Shown here piece after piece: positions 57,828-64,000 of a DNA stretch of 64,000 bases. Source of the stretch: Phycisphaerae bacterium (lineage in GTDB: Bacteria > Planctomycetota > Phycisphaerae > UBA1845 > Fen-1342). The notes under the pieces were generated by a model. It ran no database searches, had not been told where the DNA came from, and was given only the letters and a program-made list of their open reading frames with translations. Both the position numbers and the translations under genes were made by a program. The DNA is taken from contig JASFQK010000012.1 in assembly GCA_050115495.1 (NCBI GenBank), positions 1 through 64,000 on the forward strand, in the 5' to 3' direction. Positions within the stretch are counted from its first letter, which is position 1, and every line of letters starts with the position of its first letter.

Positions 57828-58016
57828 GGTGCCACCCTCCGCATTCGGTCTGGGGTCTGCCTGTCTGTCCTGGGGGCGCGGGCGGCACATCGCACCCGAG
57901 AGGACGGCTGGGAACGAAAGAACCCCGCCTGCCCCGGCGTGTACGGCTCGCGTAACGCGCCCATCCACAGCGCGTCACTGCCATAGTAGCGGGTTACCAT
58001 GCCCCCCAACAAGCGA

Positions 58017-58058
58017 ATTGTGCCGGCGGGCGACAACAAGCAACACCGCCGGCACAAT
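58017..58058. terminator. 13-bp perfect hairpin downstream of the PadR-HAAS operon
   Basis: ATTGTGCCGGCGG / CCGCCGGCACAAT. Confidence 0.55.
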
Positions 58059-58077
58059 CCGCGGACCGTGTTTCTGC

Positions 58078-59241
58078 TTAACCACCGCCGGGAACAGTGA
58101 GCTGCACGCGCGGCTCGATCCCGCCGCCCGTCGACACATCGGTCTGAAGCACCAGCGGCATCGTCGAGTCCGCGCGAGCATCACGCGCCGGACGCGACGT
58201 TCCCCCTATCCGTGGTCGCAACACGCGATAGCCGACGTGCAGTGTGGCCTGGGCTGTCAGCGGCAGCTCGAGCGACGTAATCTCGTCCACGAACGGCGGT
58301 AGCTTCGTCCGCGCCCGCAGCCACACCCTCATGCCGTTGCCCCGGCCCTCGACCATGAGCCACACGTTGGGCTCCATCGCCCTGCGAACATCGAAACCCG
58401 GCGGTGCGACGAACTCGACGTTCGTGCGCGCCATTTCCGGCAACCGTAGCTCCACCGCGACCGGTTGACTGGTCGTCGGCACATCGAACACCTGCTGCGC
58501 GTAACCCACCCAGTACAATGATTGTGAGCGATCCGGCGGCTCGTCCCTTCGCCGCATTTGCTCATCAATCCACTCACCCGCCTCCAGTTCCGGGTCGACG
58601 CTCACCGCCGCCGTGTACGTCCCCGCGGGCCGCTGACCCAGGTTGATGACGCCATCTTTGTCCGTCACCAGCAGCTCGTACGCCTCCGGCAACGTCACCC
58701 GCATCATCGCCTCGTCCTTCATCGGCCGCATCCACAGCATCGACGTATTGGGTGCCGGGAACGGCGCTTCTTCGATACGGCGCGGCCAGATGTACACCTC
58801 GCGACCGGCCAGTGGTTCGCCGGCCGCACTGGATAGCGTGAGGCGAACGCGCGTGATGCCTGCGTCCAGACTCGCCACCGTCGCCTGCAAGTCGGACACT
58901 GCCCCCGCCGTCGCTGCGGACTGCCGATAGACCATGACGCTGACGATGGCCAGCACGGCACAAACCGCCGCCAGACTACCGAGCATGACACGCTGAACCA
59001 TGAGTCTCCTCCCATGATGAAGCCAGTACAGCTCGCGAGCCACGGCTTCGACGTCGCCGAACGCCGCCCGCGAGCGCTCCTCCGCCTCTTCCGTCGGCAT
59101 GCCCGCCGCCGTCAGGTCGGCGACGCCGCACGCCAGGTGATCCTCGATCTCATCGCGGATGTCGTCCCGCGAGGGCGGTGTGGCGGCCGGCCATGCTCCC
59201 GCGAGGATGTCGGTGGGTTCACGCCGGCTGGACATCGCCAC
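58078..59241 (-). CDS. HAAS / 'permease prefix domain 1' single-TM protein with exported C-terminal domain
   Basis: DIRDEIEDHL...GMPTEEAEERSRAAFGDVEAVAREL, one TM, LVTDKDG..PAGTY. Confidence 0.8.
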   Translation of the reverse strand: MAMSSRREPTDILAGAWPAATPPSRDDIRDEIEDHLACGVADLTAAGMPTEEAEERSRAAFGDVEAVARELYWLHHGRRLMVQRVMLGSLAAVCAVLAIVSVMVYRQSAATAGAVSDLQATVASLDAGITRVRLTLSSAAGEPLAGREVYIWPRRIEEAPFPAPNTSMLWMRPMKDEAMMRVTLPEAYELLVTDKDGVINLGQRPAGTYTAAVSVDPELEAGEWIDEQMRRRDEPPDRSQSLYWVGYAQQVFDVPTTSQPVAVELRLPEMARTNVEFVAPPGFDVRRAMEPNVWLMVEGRGNGMRVWLRARTKLPPFVDEITSLELPLTAQATLHVGYRVLRPRIGGTSRPARDARADSTMPLVLQTDVSTGGGIEPRVQLTVPGGG

Positions 59242-59578
59242 CCCCTAACAACCCTTCCATGACCGCCCGGTACGCCTGCCACTGCTTCCGCTTCTGTTCG
59301 AGCTGCTGCTGGCCGGCGGGCGTGATCGCGTAGTACTTCCGCCGACGGCCGTCTTCCGTGGGTTCCCACCGGCTGGTAAGCAGCCCGTCCCGCTCCAGCT
59401 TGTGCAGGGCGGGATAGAGACTGCCTTCGTTCAGATCCAGAGCGCCGCCACTTCGCTGCCGGAGTCGCTTGCAGATCTCGTAACCGTACGTGGGCTGAGG
59501 CGCAACCACTTGCAGCAAAATGGTTTGCAGACTACCTCGCAGCCAGTCGACATCGATGCTCATGTCAGTGGGCTCCAT
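59219..59578 (-). CDS. PadR-family transcriptional regulator
   Basis: YGYEI, EGSLYPALHKLERDG, RRRKYYAITPAG. Confidence 0.95.
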   Translation of the reverse strand: MEPTDMSIDVDWLRGSLQTILLQVVAPQPTYGYEICKRLRQRSGGALDLNEGSLYPALHKLERDGLLTSRWEPTEDGRRRKYYAITPAGQQQLEQKRKQWQAYRAVMEGLLGGGDVQPA

Positions 59579-59595
59579 GCCTTGGGTTCCTATGT

Positions 59596-59624
59596 ACTAT
59601 ACCACGGAATCCTAGGCAAGGCAA
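59596..59624 (-). promoter_or_regulatory. Sigma70 promoter of padR
   Basis: TTGCCT-N17-TATAGT on the minus strand, overlapped by imperfect CCTAGG/CATAGG dyads. Confidence 0.6.
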
Positions 59625-59657
59625 ATCCGCCGGCAGATTTCGTCTGGAATCCCGCCC

Positions 59658-61154
59658 TTAGGAGGCCCGCTTGCGCAGGCCCAGACGCTTCATGGTGCTG
59701 TGCAGTGTCGTCGGTTTCACGCCCAACCGGCTGGCGGCCCCGCCCGCACCGGAGACCTTGCCATCGGCCTCATCGAGCGCCCGCAGGATCTCTCCCGCCA
59801 GCGCAACGTCCAGCCGCCGCAAGCCCGCCGGTATGCGCTCGTCCGGCTTGGCCGGGCGTTCACTCGTTCGCGCGGCGGCCAGACCGGCATCGGCGCGAAC
59901 GTCCAGGTGCTCGTTACGAATCCGTCGCCCGCTGGCGAGAATCGCCGCTCGCTCCAACGTGTTTCGCAGTTCGCGTACGTTGCCCGGCCAGTCGTGCTCC
60001 TCAAGCTGTCGTAACGCTCCCGCGCTGACCTCCAGCTCCGGCATTTCGAGCTCACCGCGGAGCACCTTCACGAAGTGGGCGACGAGCAGTGGAATGTCCT
60101 GCCGCCGTTCTTTCAACGACGGCAATCGCAGCGGGAACGCATTCAGCCGGTAGAAGAGGTCTTCGCGGAACCGGCCGGCACCGACCTCGGTTTCGAGCTG
60201 CTTGTGCGTCGCTGTGATGAGCCGCACATCGGCGGTCAGCGGCACACACGCCCCACCGACGCGTTCGAACGTGCGCTCCTGAAGCACACGCAGCAACTGA
60301 GCCTGCACCGCCGCTGACAGCTCCGCCACTTCGTCGAGAAACAACGTACCGCCGCGGGCGAGCGCGAAGCGCCCGTCGCGTCGCCGATCCGCACCCGTGA
60401 AAGCCCCCTTCTCGTGGCCGAACAGCTCACTGAGGGCCAGATCCCCCACCAACGCTGCGCAGTTCAGCGCAACGAACGGCCCGCTCGCTCGCGACGACCA
60501 CTGGTGAATCGCACGGGCCACCTGTTCTTTGCCGGTGCCCGTCGCGCCGGTGATGAGCACTGTGGCCGGCGTCGGCGCAACCAATCGCACACGCTCGACC
60601 ACCTCGCGCCACGCCGGGCAGCGACCGACGAGTGATGCGCCGGCGGGACCGGTCTCGCTCAGCGTCGCGTTCAGTGCGGCCAGTGCGTCCACTTCTCGCG
60701 CCAGCCGGTCCGCGGCCTCCTGCGCTTGCAGCGCCCGCGCGGCCAGGCCGGCCAGGGCGTTGACCGCACGAATCTGGTCTTCGCTGAATGCCCGGCAGGT
60801 GGCGGCGTCGAGTGTCAGCACGCCGACTAGTTCCCCGCTGGCGCGCAATGGCGCCGCCAGGCACGTGTGCGCGTGCGGCAGTTCGACGACCCCCGCGTAC
60901 GTGTCGGGTTCGTCGACGTCGTGCTCTTCCTCGTCGTGGACGAGCTTGGCCTGCGAGCCGGCGACGATGGCCGACAGCATGGGCCGCTCGGCGAGACTAA
61001 CCCGCCGCCCGATGAGTCCGGGCTTCGAGAGCGGTCCCGACGCCGCCCGCACACGTAGGGTCTGCGGATCGTCCACCGACAGGACGACCAACAGGTCGGC
61101 GGCGACGACCGCGTTGAGGGCATCCAGGATTTGATCGAGGTCACGAGATTCCAT
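59658..61154 (-). CDS. Sigma54-dependent activator, GAF-AAA+-HTH (NorR-like)
   Basis: GAF with PDTY..HTC..LTLD; GATGTGKE, ELFGHEKGAFTGA, LFLDEV, FREDLFYRL, WPGNVREL. Confidence 0.92.
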   Translation of the reverse strand: MESRDLDQILDALNAVVAADLLVVLSVDDPQTLRVRAASGPLSKPGLIGRRVSLAERPMLSAIVAGSQAKLVHDEEEHDVDEPDTYAGVVELPHAHTCLAAPLRASGELVGVLTLDAATCRAFSEDQIRAVNALAGLAARALQAQEAADRLAREVDALAALNATLSETGPAGASLVGRCPAWREVVERVRLVAPTPATVLITGATGTGKEQVARAIHQWSSRASGPFVALNCAALVGDLALSELFGHEKGAFTGADRRRDGRFALARGGTLFLDEVAELSAAVQAQLLRVLQERTFERVGGACVPLTADVRLITATHKQLETEVGAGRFREDLFYRLNAFPLRLPSLKERRQDIPLLVAHFVKVLRGELEMPELEVSAGALRQLEEHDWPGNVRELRNTLERAAILASGRRIRNEHLDVRADAGLAAARTSERPAKPDERIPAGLRRLDVALAGEILRALDEADGKVSGAGGAASRLGVKPTTLHSTMKRLGLRKRAS

Positions 61155-61159
61155 ATCAG

Positions 61160-61291
61160 CGATATATCGTCATCACACGACCAATCGTATCAACTATCGG
61201 TATATCGTCAAGTTGCGTAAACGGTGGTACTCTGTAAGAATCTGAGCAGCAATGACTTACGGAAGCACGCGATTTTGGCACGCCGCATGCT
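61160..61291 (+). promoter_or_regulatory. Sigma54 -24/-12 promoter of dps with candidate UAS and IHF site
   Basis: TTGGCACGCCGCATGCT (GG 61277-78, GC 61289-90, N10 spacing); TATATCGTCA twice (61163, 61201); TCGT-N6-ACGA dyad; CAA-N4-TTA IHF-like core near 61250-61259. Confidence 0.8.
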
Positions 61292-61331
61292 CTAAGTCAG
61301 GTGCCTTGATTCAAAGAGAAAGGAGAACATC

Positions 61332-61775
61332 ATGGCAAACGCGAACGTCGAAAAAGGTCTCAACGGTCTTCTGGCCGATTCCACCGTCCTCTACGAGAAG
61401 CTCCACGCGTTCCACTGGTACGTCGCCGGTCCGCAGTTCTTCCAGCTCCACGCCAAGTTCGAGGAGCTGTACGACCGCTTCGCGGAGGTCACCGATGACC
61501 TCGCCGAGCGTATCCTGACCATCGGTGGCAAGCCGGTCGCGACGCTGCGCGGCGTCCTCGAGCTCGCCGAGATCAAGGAATACACCGGGACCAAGTCGGG
61601 CCCGGAGATGATCGCCGCCATCGCCGCCGACTTCGAGCACCTGCTCGACCGGAGCGGCAAGGTCATCGCGGCGGCCGAAGAGGCTGACGACCGCGGCACG
61701 GCCAACCTGCTCGACGGCCTCAACGATGAGCTCCAGAAGACCCTCTGGATGCTCAAGGCCTGGCAGGCCGCGTAG
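61332..61775 (+). CDS. dps: Dps (DNA-binding ferritin-like protein)
   Basis: KLHAFHWYVAGPQFFQLHAKFEELY, DDLAERIL, KTLWML; SD AAGGAG. Confidence 0.96.
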   Translation: MANANVEKGLNGLLADSTVLYEKLHAFHWYVAGPQFFQLHAKFEELYDRFAEVTDDLAERILTIGGKPVATLRGVLELAEIKEYTGTKSGPEMIAAIAADFEHLLDRSGKVIAAAEEADDRGTANLLDGLNDELQKTLWMLKAWQAA

Positions 61776-61802
61776 CACCGAATCCCAAGACCCCTGATAC
61801 CA

Positions 61803-61845
61803 GACGAGCCCGTGTCGCTCCCCGGCGGCGCGGGCTTTGTCTTGT
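61803..61845 (+). terminator. Rho-independent terminator after dps
   Basis: GAGCCCGTGTCGC / GCGGCGCGGGCTT stem followed by TGTCTTGT. Confidence 0.65.
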
Positions 61846-61850
61846 GCCCC

Positions 61851-62852
61851 CTACTCGTTGTACCGCCGAAAGATGCGGCAGATCGCCAGCGTGACCCAGA
61901 GTTGCATCGAGCGGGCGCGAGTGGGTGAGGCCCCGCCGCGTTTCGCGTACGAGAGCTTCCACAGGCCGTCGCGCTGCTGACGCTCGATCAGCCAGCGCAG
62001 ACCGCGTTGGATATCCGGGTCGTTAGCGGGCACGCCGATGAGCGACAACGAATCCAGCGCTGCCACCAGGTGGTTCCACCAGAACGGGTACTGGAACCGC
62101 ACCCAGTAGTCGGCGGCGCGGTACGACCCGTACACGTCCGGCTGGAAGAAACGCGTCTTGAGCAGCTCCGCTGCCGCCCGCACCGGGCGCGAGCGACGAT
62201 GCCGCGAGTGCGCTGCGAATCCCCGCAACACCATGCCCGTCCAGTTGTGTGAGAACGGCTTGCCGCGGTCGGGTTCGAGCGGCTCGGCGTACTCGCTCGT
62301 CAGGCGGTACATCTCCGCCCGGTTGAGCTTGTGTGTCAGCAGCGGGATCGTCCAGCCGCCATCGTCCTGGCGCATGTCGAGCAGCCACCGCAGGCCGCGC
62401 TCGACCCGCGGATCGGTCCCGTAGCCAGCCTTGATCAGCAGCCCGAGTATCGCCCCGGTGTAGTACGTGGCGTACTGGTTGGCGATCATGCCGCGGATGT
62501 CGCCAGCGGGCGTTTGACACGAGAGCAGGAACTCCGCCGCCTGCCTTCCGGCGGGATGCTCGCGCGTGAAGGCGTACTGCTCGACCAGTACGCGGAACTG
62601 CTTCCACGTTTCGAGCAATGCGTAGTGGTGGGCGGGATAGACGGGCGGTTGCCGGCCGGGATAGCGGAACGAGCCGTTGTCGTCCTGCCGGCGAAGCAGC
62701 TTCGTCACTTCCGGTGGCGTCCACAACGTGCGGGCGGGTTCGACGTCCTCGCCCAGCAACTCCCGCCGCACGTGATACGTCAGTGCCGGATCGTCGGCCG
62801 ACATCAGCGGCGTGACGGGATCGTGGCGTAACATCTTCCGCCAACGGCTCAT
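61851..62852 (-). CDS. Prenyltransferase/squalene-cyclase-repeat (alpha/alpha barrel) protein
   Basis: QW-like motifs RQDDNGSF, RQDDGGW, QQRDGLW; FQYPFWW. Confidence 0.75.
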   Translation of the reverse strand: MSRWRKMLRHDPVTPLMSADDPALTYHVRRELLGEDVEPARTLWTPPEVTKLLRRQDDNGSFRYPGRQPPVYPAHHYALLETWKQFRVLVEQYAFTREHPAGRQAAEFLLSCQTPAGDIRGMIANQYATYYTGAILGLLIKAGYGTDPRVERGLRWLLDMRQDDGGWTIPLLTHKLNRAEMYRLTSEYAEPLEPDRGKPFSHNWTGMVLRGFAAHSRHRRSRPVRAAAELLKTRFFQPDVYGSYRAADYWVRFQYPFWWNHLVAALDSLSLIGVPANDPDIQRGLRWLIERQQRDGLWKLSYAKRGGASPTRARSMQLWVTLAICRIFRRYNE

Positions 62853-62898
62853 CTGGAAGCCAGGCTCCCTGCTTTGGCGCGGCACTCCGCTCGGGCAG

Positions 62899-64000
62899 TT
62901 ACGCCGAGGGCGTCTCGCGGTCCAGGACCTCGCGCACACGTTCGAGAAGCTGCCGCCGGCTGAAGGGCTTCGCGAGGAACTCGACGCCGCTGTCGAGCAC
63001 GCCGTGATGGGCGATGACGTTGGACGTATAGCCGGACACGTACAGCGTGCGCACGTCGGGCCGGCGGGCGGTGATGGCCGCGGCCAGCTTCCGGCCGTTC
63101 AACTCGGGCATGATGACGTCGGTCACTAGCAGATGGAGGGGCCCGTCGTGCTCCGCGGCCAGCTGTAGGGCGTCACGCGGTCGGCGGGCTTCGAGCACGC
63201 AGTAGCCGGCCTCCCGGAGCATGCGGGCCGTCAGGTCGCGCACGGCCAGATCATCCTCGCAGACGAGGATCGTCTCCGTGCCCGTGGGTAGGATCCGCTC
63301 CCGCTCCTCGGCCGCCACCACCTCTGGCGCGGCCGGGACCAGCGGCAGGTACACGCGGAAGGTCGAGCCCTGCCCGACTTCGCTATAGACGCTGACGTGC
63401 CCGCCGGCCTGCTTCACGATCCCGTAGACGGTGGACAGACCGAGGCCGGTGCCCTGTCCCAGCGGTTTCGTGGTGAAGAACGGCTCGAAGATGTGCTTCA
63501 GTGTCTCCGGCTCGATCCCGGTGCCCGTGTTGCTCACGGCCAGGAGCACGTGTGCGCCGGCCTTGGCCTCCGGGTGACTAGCGACGTAGGCCTCATCGAG
63601 CACGGCGTTGCCCGTTTCGACTGTGAGCTTGCCCCCCTCGGGCATCGCGTCGCGGGCGTTTACCACCAGGTTGACGACCACCTGCTCCAATTGCCCCGGA
63701 TCTGCCTTGACCGTCGCCGGCGCGGCGGACCGCACCAGTCGGAGATCGATGTCCTCGGTGATCAGCCGGCGGAGCAGTTTCTCCACCTCGTTGAGCATTC
63801 GATTGAGGTCGAGCACCTTGGGACGCATGACCTGCCGGCGGCTGAAGGCCAGCAATTGCCGGGTCAGTGCCGCGGCACGTTGCGCGCTGCGCTCGATCTG
63901 GTGCAACCCTTCCTGAAGGCGAGCCGCCTCCGGATAGTGGGCCCGGACTTCCCCGGTGGCCAGCTCGACGTTGCCGAACATGGCGGTGAGGATGTTGTTG
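62899..64000 (-). CDS. Hybrid histidine kinase (HisKA-HATPase-REC), 5' truncated by the window edge
   Basis: LTRQLLAFSR, NLVVNARDAM, FEPFFTTK, GTGLGL, LLVTDVIMP, KPF. Confidence 0.93.
   Translation of the reverse strand, partial: NNILTAMFGNVELATGEVRAHYPEAARLQEGLHQIERSAQRAAALTRQLLAFSRRQVMRPKVLDLNRMLNEVEKLLRRLITEDIDLRLVRSAAPATVKADPGQLEQVVVNLVVNARDAMPEGGKLTVETGNAVLDEAYVASHPEAKAGAHVLLAVSNTGTGIEPETLKHIFEPFFTTKPLGQGTGLGLSTVYGIVKQAGGHVSVYSEVGQGSTFRVYLPLVPAAPEVVAAEERERILPTGTETILVCEDDLAVRDLTARMLREAGYCVLEARRPRDALQLAAEHDGPLHLLVTDVIMPELNGRKLAAAITARRPDVRTLYVSGYTSNVIAHHGVLDSGVEFLAKPFSRRQLLERVREVLDRETPSA

Noticed and set aside
15283..64000. Intact integrative element or prophage at tRNA-Pro
   Set aside because: No integrase, phage or conjugation genes and no attR duplicate noticed in the window.

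Overview
GC-rich bacterial window. Gene content points to Planctomycetota, probably Phycisphaerae (inference from CxxCGYNLxG..CPECG membrane proteins, double EF-hand 'dockerin-like' C-termini, xQP linkers and a PEP-CTERM protein). 1-15.1 kb is core-like: GGDEF, ScpB, isochorismatase, Cys-less thioredoxin-fold/TPR protein, CbpA-like J protein, TPR protein, NatAB-type ABC exporter fused to a CAAX protease, heme-c sensor kinase and TolC. tRNA-Pro(TGG) lies at 15208-15282. It is followed by an accessory stretch: secreted propeller proteins, a 14-repeat RCC1/BLIP-II-like protein, gene remnants, an uncharacterised HTH protein facing a PEP-CTERM gene, a hydrolase/wHTH operon, three GNATs, Pip, MgtE, DUF4914, two tandem chemoreceptors, a plant-type chlorophyllase, an OLD-like ATPase, a Zn-ribbon membrane-protein array, a C10 protease, PadR/HAAS, a NorR-like activator facing dps, and a truncated hybrid kinase. 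Two REP-like palindrome families are present. No integrase, transposase, RT or CRISPR was seen. Best candidates for new biology: (i) a ~120-nt two-state RNA leader (50244-50365) that can hide the SD of a gene with an 'LPxxPNLxxL..K.LL...AQ..LA..YGF.SW..L' N-terminal domain; (ii) a sigma54/NorR-like circuit with altered iron ligands driving dps; (iii) an uncharacterised HTH regulator with palindromic operators at a PEP-CTERM promoter; (iv) the Zn-ribbon membrane-protein array. All family calls are by-eye motif recognition; no searches were run.
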